Part shown: positions 19,464 to 29,424 of the stretch, piece after piece
Layout of the letters: every line of letters starts with the position of its first letter
Numbering within the stretch: position 1 is the first letter of the stretch
Source of the DNA: Capsulimonadaceae bacterium
GTDB taxonomy: Bacteria; Armatimonadota; Armatimonadia; Armatimonadales; Capsulimonadaceae
Length of the DNA: 64,000 bases
NCBI GenBank assembly: GCA_965215505.1
Contig: OZ244065.1
Location: 2,176,001-2,240,000, forward strand
Direction: 5' to 3'
Translations under genes and position numbers: made by a program
The notes under the pieces: generated by a model
The model's input: the letters and a program-made list of their open reading frames with translations, nothing else
Databases searched by the model: none
What the model was told of the DNA's origin: nothing

Positions 19464-19598
19464 CCGCGAGGGCGGCGGGGGCTTTGCCCCGCCGCCCTGC
19501 CCCGTCGTCATGAACTGTACTTGCCCCAGCGGGATGGCCCACAGGAGCAGACGCGTCCCTGTGTTTTGTTGCATTACTCGTCACAGACTAAAATCTGG

Positions 19599-19620
19599 AC
19601 GTATAAATGACGTTATACGT
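19599..19620. other. Putative tyrosine-recombinase core site
   Basis: ACGTATAA-atgacg-TTATACGT: perfect 8-bp inverted arms around a 6-bp spacer, directly upstream of the recombinase gene. Confidence 0.7.
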
Positions 19621-19648
19621 TGACTTTCGCTCGGTCTCGGCGTATAAT
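19620..19648 (+). promoter_or_regulatory. Sigma70 promoter of the recombinase gene
   Basis: TTGACT (19620-19625), 17 bp, TATAAT (19643-19648). Confidence 0.75.
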
Positions 19649-19723
19649 TGTCCCAGACCGGCGGGGTTATCCGCCGAAAAACTGTGCGTATAATACTTTT
19701 CCCATCATACCGCTGAGAATCCC

Positions 19724-20650
19724 ATGGACAAGCAGACCGTCTTCCCCACCCCACCGAGTCTGGACCTCCCCTGTCTGGCTCAGTTCGCCGAGCACCTGCG
19801 CCACCGGGAGTGCAGCCCGCTGACCGTCAAGAACTACTTGGCCGACCTCCGCGCCTTCGCCCGCTGGTTCGAGCAGACCAACGGCGACGGCCTGTCCCCG
19901 GACCGGGTCACGCCCACCGACCTGCGCGAGTTCAAACGGCATCTAGTCCAGGGGAAGCTCAAGCCGGCCAGCATCAACCGCAAGCTCGCCACTCTTAAGA
20001 GCTTCCTGAAGTGGGCCACGGAGGCAGGGCTGGCGACGGGCACGGCGATCCTGAAGATGCCCAAGGCCGAGCGCCAGTCGCGCCTCGGCCCGCGCTGGCT
20101 GGACCGGCGCGAGCAGAACGCGCTGTTGCGGGCTGTCGAGCGCGGCGGCAGCGTCCGTGACCTAGCGGCGGTCACGCTGATGCTGCACTGTGGCCTGCGG
20201 GTGGCAGAGCTGTGCGCCCTGACCTGGACGGACGTCGCGGTCGGCGACCGGAAGGGAGTGCTGACGGTCCGCAGCGGCAAGGGCGGCAAGCGGCGCGAGG
20301 TGCCGCTCAACGCCGACGCGCGTGCGACCCTGCTGGGTTTAGGCTATGCCGGGCTGTCCGGACGTCCGGACAGAATGTTCCTGGGACAGCGCGGCCCACT
20401 GACGCCCCGGGGGGTGCAGTCTATGCTGACTGGGTATGCAAGGACGGCTGGCCAACTGGGGTTAGATGGGCTCTCCCCTCACGCACTGCGCCACACCTTC
20501 TGCAAGAACCTAGTAGATGCCGGCGTGGGATTAGAGCAAGTGGCTGCTCTTGCCTCACATGAGTCGCTGGACACTACGCGGAGGTATATCGAGCCGTCGC
20601 TGAGGGACTTAACAAAAGCCGTGGAACTGGTTAGTCAAGAGGGCAAATGA
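19724..20650 (+). CDS. Tyrosine recombinase (XerC/TnpI-like)
   Basis: SAM-like N-terminal domain; GLRVAEL, GKGGK, HALRHT, ASHES, RRY catalytic residues. Confidence 0.92.
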   Translation: MDKQTVFPTPPSLDLPCLAQFAEHLRHRECSPLTVKNYLADLRAFARWFEQTNGDGLSPDRVTPTDLREFKRHLVQGKLKPASINRKLATLKSFLKWATEAGLATGTAILKMPKAERQSRLGPRWLDRREQNALLRAVERGGSVRDLAAVTLMLHCGLRVAELCALTWTDVAVGDRKGVLTVRSGKGGKRREVPLNADARATLLGLGYAGLSGRPDRMFLGQRGPLTPRGVQSMLTGYARTAGQLGLDGLSPHALRHTFCKNLVDAGVGLEQVAALASHESLDTTRRYIEPSLRDLTKAVELVSQEGK

Positions 20651-20945
20651 TGGAAAGTACTGTCCCTCTCGTCAGACGCGTCTAAACCACGACCTGGATT
20701 TATACAAAACCGCAATGACAGCTCGTATCCGCGTGACCTGTTTTCTATTTCACCCTAGTAAATACCGTTAGACTTGAACTTGTTTAGATTCAAATAGACA
20801 TATCGCCCGAAGAGGTCCCGGCCGAAGCCGTTGCGTCTTTTGATCAGTGAACAGCGACACCTCCGACGAGATGGCCTTGTCATGTAAGCGGCTTTCTGCT
20901 TTAGTTAAGTATCGGCCTACAGGTTACGACGGATCCGGACCATTT

Positions 20946-23690
20946 ATGCGCCCCGAAACCACCACACGGCAGGAAATCATCGACGATCAGCTCCGCCGTG
21001 CCGGCTGGGCCGTCGAGCGCCGGAACCTCCTTAAAGAGTACCCGCTACGCCCTGACCTCTCCGAGATCCACGAGGCCAGTGCATCTTATGCGACCGGCGC
21101 TGAGTTCGCCGATTATGTCCTGCTCGGGCCAGACCACAAGCCTCTCGCTGTCGTCGAAGCTAAACACACCGGTCGGGACGCCCTCGCCGGGCAGCGCCAG
21201 GCCGCTGACTATGCCGACCGTCTCCGCGCCCAGCATGGCTTCGATCCCTTTGTCTTCCTCAGCAACGGCGTGGACTGTTGGTTCTGGGACCGGGACCGGT
21301 ATCCTCTGCGACGCGTCAGCGGCTTCTTCACGCCCGACGACCTCCAGCGCCTCGCTTTCCAGCGCCAGTACGGCAAGCTGCTGCGCGGGCTCGCCGCGGC
21401 ACCCACCATCGCCGGACGGCCCTACCAAGTCGAAGCCATCAAGCGTACCACCGAGGCAATCGAGACCGGCCAACGCAAGTTCCTGCTCGTCATGGCCACC
21501 GGCACCGGCAAGACCCGCACCGTCGTCGCCCTGATCGACTTGCTCCTAAGGGCGGGCCGCGCCCAGCGCATCCTCTTCCTCGCCGACCGCCGTGAGTTGG
21601 CCCGCCAGGCCCTCGCCGCCTTCAAAGAACACCTGCCCAACGAGACCCGGGCCACCATCGAAGGCGGCGTCGCCGACCCGAGCGCCCGCCTCCACGTCGC
21701 CACCTATCCCAGCATGATGCAGGTCTACGGGACGCTCTCCCCCGGCTACTACGATCTGATCGTCGCCGACGAAAGCCATCGCTCCATCTACAACCGTTAC
21801 AGCGCCCTGTTCACACACTTTGACGCCCTCCAGCTCGGCCTCACCGCCACGCCAACCGACTATATCGACCACAACACGTTCGAACTGTTCGAGTGCCCCG
21901 ACGGCCTGCCGACCTTCGTCTATCCCTACGAAAGCGCTGTAGACGAAGGCTACCTCGTCACCTACCGCGTCCTGGCCGCACAAACCACGTTCCAGCTCCA
22001 GGGCATCAAGGCGGGCCAGCTCCCCCTCGAGATCCAGCGCCAAGTCGCCGAGCAAGGAATCGACCTCGGCGAGATCGACTTCGAAGGCAGCGAGTTGGAA
22101 CGCCGCGTCACCAATACCAGCACCAACGACGCCATCGTGCAGGAGTTTATGACCAAGGCCCGCAAGGACTCTATGGACACCTTGCCCGCCAAAACCATCC
22201 TTTTCGCCATCAGCCACGCCCACGCCGTCGAACTCTGGGAAAGCTTCAATCGCCTGTATCCCGACCTCCAGCGGCGCGGCTTCGCCGAAATTATCGACAG
22301 CCACATGGAGCGCGCCGACCAGACCCTCGACGACTTCAAGCGCCGCGACATGCCCCGGGTCGCCCTGTCCGTGGATATGCTCGACACCGGTGTTGATGTC
22401 CCTGCCCTCCAGAATCTCGTGTTCGCCAAGCCCGTCTTCAGCCAGGTCAAGTTCTGGCAGATGATCGGGCGCGGCACCCGCCTCTACACGGACCCCCTCA
22501 GCGGACAGGTTAAGGCTGACTTCCTCATCATCGACTACTGGAACAACTTCGCCTACTTCAACATGAGCCCTGACGGCGAGATCAGTCACCCCACCGAGCC
22601 GCTCCCCGTCCGCCTGTTCCGCCTTCGCCTTGACACCTGGCGCCTCCTAGCTGGCCAGTGCCGGGACGAAGAGGCCGCCGCTGTCCGCACCCAGCTTCAA
22701 GGCATGCTTGCCCAACTCCCTACGGACAACAGCAGCGTCCGTTCCTACCTCGCCGATCTGGCCGAGTTGGGGCGCCCTGAGGCCTGGGACACCCCGACAC
22801 TGCCCTTTCTGGAACGCCTCAGTGCCGCCATCGCCCCCGCCCTGCGCTTCCTGCCCGACATCACCCTGCCCGTGATGTCCTTCGAAGCCCTCACCGAACG
22901 TCTCATCGTCTCCCATTTGGAAGGAAACGCCGCTGCCATCCCCGCTATGCAGGAAAAAGTCATCCGCGACTTGAATCTCCTGCCGGACACGCTCCGCGAG
23001 GTGCAGGAACACGCGCCCCAGCGGCTCTGGATGACAAGTTCCCCATTCTGGGCGGCCCTAGACTACGGGCGGCTCCGGGATCTGCAAACGGCCTTCGCGC
23101 CGCTCATGCGGTATCGTCGTCCCGAACGCGCCGACGTCGTCCGGCTCAGCCTGCCCGACCAGATCGGCAGCCGCCGCTGGATCGTCTACGGGCCCGGCGG
23201 CGAGGGCGCCTTCGCCGAGACCTATCGCGAACAGGTCGAGGCTTACGTCCGTGGCTTGGCCGATAGCCTGCCCGCACTCCGCAAGCTGCGCCAGGGCACC
23301 CCGCTTGCCGACGCCGACCTGAACGCACTCGCGGACGCACTCAATCGCGCCGACCTGTTCATTACCGAAGACACGCTCCGCCAGGTCTACGGGCAGGCCG
23401 ATGTGGATCTGTCAGCCTTTCTACGGCATATCCTGGGCCTGCACGCCTTGCCCAGTCGCGAAGACCAGATAGGGGCGGTATTCGAGAGCTTTCTCGCCGA
23501 GCAACCGCATTTTACAGCCACCCAGGTGCTCTTCCTGCGCACTGTCCGCTCCGCCGTCTTGCGCGGCACCCGGTTGACCGAAGAGGACCTCCGGCGCCTA
23601 CCCTTCAGCCGCGTCGGCGCCGTGTCCCGCCTGTTCCACCCGAATCAGGTCGCCCGTATTATCGAATTCGCCAACGCGCTGGCGGCCTGA
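20946..23690 (+). CDS. hsdR: Type I restriction enzyme R subunit (EcoEI-like)
   Basis: ADYVL..VVEAK nuclease, MATGTGKT, DESHRS, GLTATP, DMLDTGVD, QMIGRGTR. Confidence 0.92.
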   Translation: MRPETTTRQEIIDDQLRRAGWAVERRNLLKEYPLRPDLSEIHEASASYATGAEFADYVLLGPDHKPLAVVEAKHTGRDALAGQRQAADYADRLRAQHGFDPFVFLSNGVDCWFWDRDRYPLRRVSGFFTPDDLQRLAFQRQYGKLLRGLAAAPTIAGRPYQVEAIKRTTEAIETGQRKFLLVMATGTGKTRTVVALIDLLLRAGRAQRILFLADRRELARQALAAFKEHLPNETRATIEGGVADPSARLHVATYPSMMQVYGTLSPGYYDLIVADESHRSIYNRYSALFTHFDALQLGLTATPTDYIDHNTFELFECPDGLPTFVYPYESAVDEGYLVTYRVLAAQTTFQLQGIKAGQLPLEIQRQVAEQGIDLGEIDFEGSELERRVTNTSTNDAIVQEFMTKARKDSMDTLPAKTILFAISHAHAVELWESFNRLYPDLQRRGFAEIIDSHMERADQTLDDFKRRDMPRVALSVDMLDTGVDVPALQNLVFAKPVFSQVKFWQMIGRGTRLYTDPLSGQVKADFLIIDYWNNFAYFNMSPDGEISHPTEPLPVRLFRLRLDTWRLLAGQCRDEEAAAVRTQLQGMLAQLPTDNSSVRSYLADLAELGRPEAWDTPTLPFLERLSAAIAPALRFLPDITLPVMSFEALTERLIVSHLEGNAAAIPAMQEKVIRDLNLLPDTLREVQEHAPQRLWMTSSPFWAALDYGRLRDLQTAFAPLMRYRRPERADVVRLSLPDQIGSRRWIVYGPGGEGAFAETYREQVEAYVRGLADSLPALRKLRQGTPLADADLNALADALNRADLFITEDTLRQVYGQADVDLSAFLRHILGLHALPSREDQIGAVFESFLAEQPHFTATQVLFLRTVRSAVLRGTRLTEEDLRRLPFSRVGAVSRLFHPNQVARIIEFANALAA

Positions 23691-23718
23691 CCCCGCCGCG
23701 CTGTAAACCGAGGATGCC

Positions 23719-25464
23719 ATGCTTTCGCCCCAGCTTAAGACCGAGATCGACAAGCTCTGGAACCGCTTCTGGTCCAGTGGCATCGCCAACCCACTCACCG
23801 CCATCGAACAGATAACATACCTGATCTTCCTCAAACGCCTGGAAGACCAGGACAAAGAGCGCATCACTCAGGCCGGCGACCGTGTCGTCCCGTCCGTCTA
23901 CGCCGGTACTGCCAACCAATTTCGCTGGAGCCGGCTCTTATACATGCCTGGCGATGAGGCCCTGCGCTTCATCCAGGGCCCCGTCATGGACTGGCTCAAA
24001 ACCATGCCCGGCGCCCAGGAGCAGATGCAGGATGCCGTCTTCGTCCTCCCCAACGCCAGCCTCCTTCGGGGCGCAATGGACGCCGTCAACACGCTCATCG
24101 TCCCGGAACGCAACCAAGATACCCTCGGCGACATCTTCGAATACCTCCTCAGCGAGATCGCAACCGCCGGCAAGAACGGCCAGTTCCGCACCCCGCGCCA
24201 CATCATCCGTGCCATGTGCGAGCTGACCAACCCCAAGTTCGGCGAACGCATCTGCGACCCCGCCTGCGGCACCGCCGGATTTCTCGTCAACGCCTACCAG
24301 CACATCCTCCAACAGCACACCAGCCGCGACATCCTGGAATTCGCGGCCGACGGCACCCCCTTGAACCTCATCGGCGACCGGCTCAGCGCCGACCAACACG
24401 ACGCCCTCCGGCAGAACCATTTCTACGGCTTCGATTTTGACCGCACCATGGTCCGGCTGGGCTGGATGAACATGGTCCTGCACGGCCTCGAAAACGCCCA
24501 GGTCCACTACGGCGACACCCTCGGCAGCAAGTTCAACGAAGGCGTCCGCGAGGGGCGCACCGGCCACTTCGATGTTATCCTCGCCAATCCACCCTTCGCT
24601 GGCAGCCTGGACAAAAGCGACGTCGGCGAGTCTCTGCGCAGCCTGGGCACCAACAAGACCGAACTGCTCTTCCTCGACCTCATCCTCCAGCTCCTGCGCC
24701 CCGGAGGACGCGCCGCCGTCATCGTTTCCGAGGGCGTCCTCTTCGGCTCCACCGGCGCGCACCGCGCGATCCGTCGTCGCCTGCTCGAAGAGAACCAGCT
24801 CGTTGCTGTCGTTTCCCTCCCCAGCGGCGTCTTCCAGCCCTACACCGGCGTCAAGACTTCCATTCTGTTCTTCACCAAAGGCGGCAGCACCGAGCGCGTC
24901 TGGTTTTACGACGTCACCGCCGACGGCTACACGCTCAATGCTCGCCGCACCGAACAGCCCGAGAAGAACGACCTGTGGGACCTGACACTTCAAGCAAAAA
25001 CGTCTCTCAACGTTGATCCCTCCACTCAAACGACTCGTCGAAATCCAGAGGTACGAGACCTTCCATTTGAGCAAACACCGGCCTTCATCGCGAAACCCTT
25101 GTGGGAAGAGTGGCGCGCTCGCATCGGTCCGGACCCTTCCTATTATCAGGCATCGTTTAAGACAGAAATCCGCGAAATTGATGATGAACCTAACCTTTCG
25201 GGCACTCTGATAACACCTGTTCCCATTCATCTTCTTCAGAGTCTCGAAGTGGTCACGCCTACTGAGCCGAAACACAGGTTCATCTCTGCTGTCCAGATCC
25301 GCGAGAACGACTTCAACTTATCCGCCGGGCGCTACAAAGCGGCCGCCGCCGCCACGGATATTTATGAACCGCCCGCTGATCTCATCCGCCAATTGCAGGC
25401 ATTGGAAGAAGACATCCAGAACGATCTCGGCAACCTGCTGGCGATGGTGGAGAACCGCGTATGA
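23719..25464 (+). CDS. hsdM: Type I R-M N6-adenine methyltransferase
   Basis: GQFRTPRHI, DPACGTAGFL, NPPF, GVFQPYTGVKT. Confidence 0.95.
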   Translation: MLSPQLKTEIDKLWNRFWSSGIANPLTAIEQITYLIFLKRLEDQDKERITQAGDRVVPSVYAGTANQFRWSRLLYMPGDEALRFIQGPVMDWLKTMPGAQEQMQDAVFVLPNASLLRGAMDAVNTLIVPERNQDTLGDIFEYLLSEIATAGKNGQFRTPRHIIRAMCELTNPKFGERICDPACGTAGFLVNAYQHILQQHTSRDILEFAADGTPLNLIGDRLSADQHDALRQNHFYGFDFDRTMVRLGWMNMVLHGLENAQVHYGDTLGSKFNEGVREGRTGHFDVILANPPFAGSLDKSDVGESLRSLGTNKTELLFLDLILQLLRPGGRAAVIVSEGVLFGSTGAHRAIRRRLLEENQLVAVVSLPSGVFQPYTGVKTSILFFTKGGSTERVWFYDVTADGYTLNARRTEQPEKNDLWDLTLQAKTSLNVDPSTQTTRRNPEVRDLPFEQTPAFIAKPLWEEWRARIGPDPSYYQASFKTEIREIDDEPNLSGTLITPVPIHLLQSLEVVTPTEPKHRFISAVQIRENDFNLSAGRYKAAAAATDIYEPPADLIRQLQALEEDIQNDLGNLLAMVENRV

Positions 25465-27494
25465 ACACTTCTAATACCCCTGAGACTTGGACCGAGGTCA
25501 AGCTTCGGGAGGTGGCGCGAGTTGTTTACGGGAAGGCGCTCCACACATCAAGACGTGAGCCCGGAGGCGATATCCCTGTTTATGGTTCCAGCGGCGAAGT
25601 CGGACATCATGATAAAAGCCTACACCCTGGGCCAAGTATTGTCATAGGCCGTAAGGGTACAGTCGGTTCTGTCTATTATATTGCCGCGCCATTTTGGTGT
25701 ATAGATACTGCTTTCTATCTGGACGGTATTCGGCAAGATGTTGATATTGAATACCTTGCCTACGCCTTGCGAAAACAGAATTTAGTTCGCCTTTCGCTTT
25801 TTGCGGCTGTTCCCGGTCTTGGCAGAGCAGACTTAGAATCTGTTATAATCCCCCTTCCCCCACTCCCCGAGCAGCGCCGCATCGTCGCCATCCTGCGCCA
25901 AGCCGAAGAGATACGTAGGAAACGACGGGAGGCAGAAGATATTGCCGCGAAATTTCTGCCATCTATGTTCCATGGGATGTTCGGCAGTCCCATTCAGAAT
26001 GAAATGGAATGGCCCACCAAACCCCTGGATGGTATGGGAACTGTCATGACAGGGAATACGCCGCCACGGCAGCAAGAAGAATATTATGGTGATGACGTAG
26101 AGTGGATCAAGTCCGATAATCTGGACACCCGAATTGACTACGTCACTCAAAGCAAAGAGGGTCTGTCACTTTTGGGGGCCGAGCGAGCCAGAATTGCAGA
26201 AGCAGGCTCGACACTCATCACGTGCATAGCTGGCAGTCCTGACTCAATCGGAAAAGCGGCGCTGACAGACAGGGATGTTGCATTCAATCAACAAATCAAC
26301 GCGATTACGCCAAACTTTGATGTGCCCTCTGTTTATTTGTACGGTGCAATCAAAGCGTTGAAGCCGGCCATTCAAGCACTTTCCAGCGGCGGCATGAAAG
26401 GAATCGTCAATAAATCTAGTTTGGAGCAACTCCTTACCATTGACCCACCCCCACGTCTAAGGAAAGAATTCACGCGGCGCGCCGAAGCAGCGATTTTGTT
26501 AAAAGCAAGTGTCGTAGAAGCGGCTGATAAAGCCGACATGTTAGTCATATCACTTATGGCCAAGGCATTTACCGGCGAGTTGACGGCGGCGTGGCGAGAG
26601 ATGCACCGGGAGGAACTAGCCGAGACCCCGGAAACGGTGATGGTGCCGGAAGCGCTAGAAACGCGGCTGGCGCAGGGGATTGCCACGTCCGCCGACCTGG
26701 AGGAAGCACAACGACGTATCGAGAACAGCATCCGGGAAGTTCTCGGACCTCTCGGAGTGATGTTGATCAACGCGCCGAATGACATCGGAGGGCTGGATAC
26801 TGCGCCGATGGTCCGGTTCGCCCAATTCATTCAACTCGTCAAGCCCTACGAGAACGCACTTATTGAGGCGGGGATTATCCGAATACTGTCCGAAACCACC
26901 GCCGCTGTCCTGCCGCCCGAGTTGCGAGATTTCACGCTCAACCCCGCCGATAATCTCTTCCTCGGCCTCATGTGGGATCAGTTAAATGAGATCTTCGCGA
27001 ACGGTGATCTGGCGCTGACAGACGCCATCCTGGCGCTGCAAGAGGTGAGCGATGAACTGAAGACGATTGAGTTCACCCGTCACGTCCGTGTTCTGGACCC
27101 CGACGATCCTCGCTTTCACCTGCTGCGCGAACTCAGCGAAGCGCAGAAGACCGTGTATTGGGAAGTCAGAAACGCTCCAGGCTATGTCACACCCGCGATG
27201 CTGCATGAGACCAAGGATATCAACCTGGCTGTCGCCCGGCGCGGACTGCTACTGCTTGCCCGCACCGGCCTCATCCAGGCTATCTCGCTGCCAAATTCCG
27301 ATGGCGCCTCCCAGTCCATGCCGAGCTTCGTGGACGCTTACCGGAAACTTCGCCCGGAGGACGACGATGGCAAGGCGGATTTTGATCCCGCCGTCACAAC
27401 CGCACCTTCCCAGCCCGGCAAGAGTTTAGCCGAGACGAAGGCCGATGTCCTGGGCTTCAATCGAACCTCCAATGATACGCCGCATCTCACCTAA
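25461..27494 (+). CDS. hsdS: Type I R-M specificity subunit with a ~300-aa C-terminal extension
   Basis: Two TRDs, PLPPLPEQRRIV repeat, FNQQIN, KAFTGEL (~aa 374), then an extra region. Confidence 0.85.
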   Translation: MNTSNTPETWTEVKLREVARVVYGKALHTSRREPGGDIPVYGSSGEVGHHDKSLHPGPSIVIGRKGTVGSVYYIAAPFWCIDTAFYLDGIRQDVDIEYLAYALRKQNLVRLSLFAAVPGLGRADLESVIIPLPPLPEQRRIVAILRQAEEIRRKRREAEDIAAKFLPSMFHGMFGSPIQNEMEWPTKPLDGMGTVMTGNTPPRQQEEYYGDDVEWIKSDNLDTRIDYVTQSKEGLSLLGAERARIAEAGSTLITCIAGSPDSIGKAALTDRDVAFNQQINAITPNFDVPSVYLYGAIKALKPAIQALSSGGMKGIVNKSSLEQLLTIDPPPRLRKEFTRRAEAAILLKASVVEAADKADMLVISLMAKAFTGELTAAWREMHREELAETPETVMVPEALETRLAQGIATSADLEEAQRRIENSIREVLGPLGVMLINAPNDIGGLDTAPMVRFAQFIQLVKPYENALIEAGIIRILSETTAAVLPPELRDFTLNPADNLFLGLMWDQLNEIFANGDLALTDAILALQEVSDELKTIEFTRHVRVLDPDDPRFHLLRELSEAQKTVYWEVRNAPGYVTPAMLHETKDINLAVARRGLLLLARTGLIQAISLPNSDGASQSMPSFVDAYRKLRPEDDDGKADFDPAVTTAPSQPGKSLAETKADVLGFNRTSNDTPHLT

Positions 27495-27498
27495 ACCC

Positions 27499-29415
27499 AT
27501 GAAAATTCGCTACCTGCGCGTCCAAAACCTGCCGCCGCTCGACGACATCACCCTCCACTTTGGTCATGAGCCCATGCTCGGGCGGCCCGTCGCCATCCAT
27601 TTCGTCGTCGGCGTCAACGGCAGCGGCAAAAGCCGCGTGCTCCAGGCCCTCGCCGAGATCGTCCTATCGACCGAATCCCTCCGCTGGCCTGATTTCCCCT
27701 TCAGCCTCGTCTACGATCTCGGTAGCGCCCCCGTGCAGACGATTATCTTCCATAAGCCCGGACACGACAACGCCGAGGCCGCCGTCTTCGTCTTGCCCCG
27801 GATGGCCGACCCTGTCGAAGGATGGACTGCCTGGCTCGCCCGCGACTGGCGCATCGCGACCCAGCACCCGCTCGGCGTCAGCCCCAGCATCCTCGGCAAA
27901 CTCGACGGCACCACCCTCATCGGCTCTGTACTTCCCAGCGCCGTCCTCACCGCTACCTCCGGCCACACCGAACCATGGGATGAGATGCTGGCCCGCCATG
28001 GGGCTTACTCTATGGAGACAGACACCGCCTTCCCAGCCAGCCCCACCCCCGACGACGAACGCCCCGCCGGCTGGACCGCCCGCCAGGAACGGGAACGCTA
28101 TCTCACCAACCCAGCCGACGCCATGCCACTGCCCGACGCCATACCGCCGGACCGAACGGTTTCTAGCCGCGTCACGTTCGTCCCGCCCCGACGCCTCAAA
28201 TTCGCCCTCGCCGCCGTCGCCCTCACCCACTCCGCCCAAGAATTTGCCTACAACACCAGCCTTGAGACGGAGGAGAAATTCATCAGAAGAATCCAAGATT
28301 GGCAGGCGCGCGGCGAGCGCATGAGCGGTCTGCGCGGCATTCTTAACGAAGTCGATTGGCTCTGGCCGCTTGTCCTCAGCCTCGATCTGCAATGGGACCC
28401 AGACAACATCGAACCCAGTCGCCTCCGCCAAATCCAGACCCTGGCCCAACTCGCCAGCGGCATCCGTCGCGAACCGGGAAACGGCCCAGGCCGCACACTC
28501 ACCTTTGACCTGCGCCGCCCTTTGGCCGACCGAGACTATGAACGAACCCTCACCGACGCCCTTCTGGAAGCCATGGGTGGCGGCATCACAGGAAGCGCGT
28601 TCGGGGCATTCACCACCCTTTGCACCTGGCAGGATGAGGGCTTGCTCCTGGACCTATCCCTTTCACTCCGAAAACACAACCTCGAAGACGTCCTACTCTT
28701 CGACTGGCTCAGCGACGGCGAACGCCTCTTCCTGGGCCGCATGGCCCTCTTCTACCTGCTCCGCGACCAGACCGGCCACAGCCGCCCCGACGCCCTGATC
28801 TTACTGGACGAACCCGAAACCCATTTTAACGACGTCTGGAAACGCGAGATCGTCGACATCATCGACGAAAGCCTCGGCGACGCCGCCAGCGACGCCATCA
28901 TCACCACCCACTCCAGCATCTGCCTCACCGACGTTTTCGACGACGAGATCGCTCTGCTCAAAAAGGAAAACGGTGTCATCAGTCAGAACACTGACCGACG
29001 CCGCAGCTTCGGGGCGTCCCCCACCGACATCATGCAGGACATATTTGGTGCTACCGACACCGTTGGCCTGCGCGCCGCCAAGTTCCTCGACCTCGTCCTC
29101 GTTGTTGCCGCCGAACCTCAGATTGCCATGGACGCCTGGCGTCTGCACCAGACACAGCCCACGGAGACCAACGCCGCCTGGATTGCACTGCGCGAGAAGG
29201 TCCGGGCCCTCCCCCATGACTACGGCTCCGTCGCTGAACTCGACGCGCGCCTCCTGAACGTCCTATCGGTCATGGACAGCTATTCACCCGATGATCCTGA
29301 TCTTACCACCCAGGGACTCGTAGACATGGTCGCCCTGGTCGAAGAGCGCCTCGGGTCCGGGTATTACCAATTCGAATTCCGCCGACGCCTCCGGGCACTC
29401 CGACAACTCCTCTGA
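27499..29415 (+). CDS. ABC/AAA_21-type ATPase (restriction-system-associated, PtuA-like)
   Basis: Walker A GVNGSGKS, signature LSDGE, Walker B LILLDEPETHFN, H-loop IITTHS. Confidence 0.85.
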   Translation: MKIRYLRVQNLPPLDDITLHFGHEPMLGRPVAIHFVVGVNGSGKSRVLQALAEIVLSTESLRWPDFPFSLVYDLGSAPVQTIIFHKPGHDNAEAAVFVLPRMADPVEGWTAWLARDWRIATQHPLGVSPSILGKLDGTTLIGSVLPSAVLTATSGHTEPWDEMLARHGAYSMETDTAFPASPTPDDERPAGWTARQERERYLTNPADAMPLPDAIPPDRTVSSRVTFVPPRRLKFALAAVALTHSAQEFAYNTSLETEEKFIRRIQDWQARGERMSGLRGILNEVDWLWPLVLSLDLQWDPDNIEPSRLRQIQTLAQLASGIRREPGNGPGRTLTFDLRRPLADRDYERTLTDALLEAMGGGITGSAFGAFTTLCTWQDEGLLLDLSLSLRKHNLEDVLLFDWLSDGERLFLGRMALFYLLRDQTGHSRPDALILLDEPETHFNDVWKREIVDIIDESLGDAASDAIITTHSSICLTDVFDDEIALLKKENGVISQNTDRRRSFGASPTDIMQDIFGATDTVGLRAAKFLDLVLVVAAEPQIAMDAWRLHQTQPTETNAAWIALREKVRALPHDYGSVAELDARLLNVLSVMDSYSPDDPDLTTQGLVDMVALVEERLGSGYYQFEFRRRLRALRQLL

Positions 29416-29424
29416 GTAACCGAC

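Noticed and set aside
19469-19498. 12-bp GC hairpin after the NmrA relic
   Set aside because: No U-tract and a single copy; function cannot be assigned.
19548-20682. 10-bp direct repeat CAGACGCGTC flanking the recombinase (19548-19557, 20673-20682)
   Set aside because: Short, GC-rich and near-palindromic; could be chance, and no transposon ends support it.
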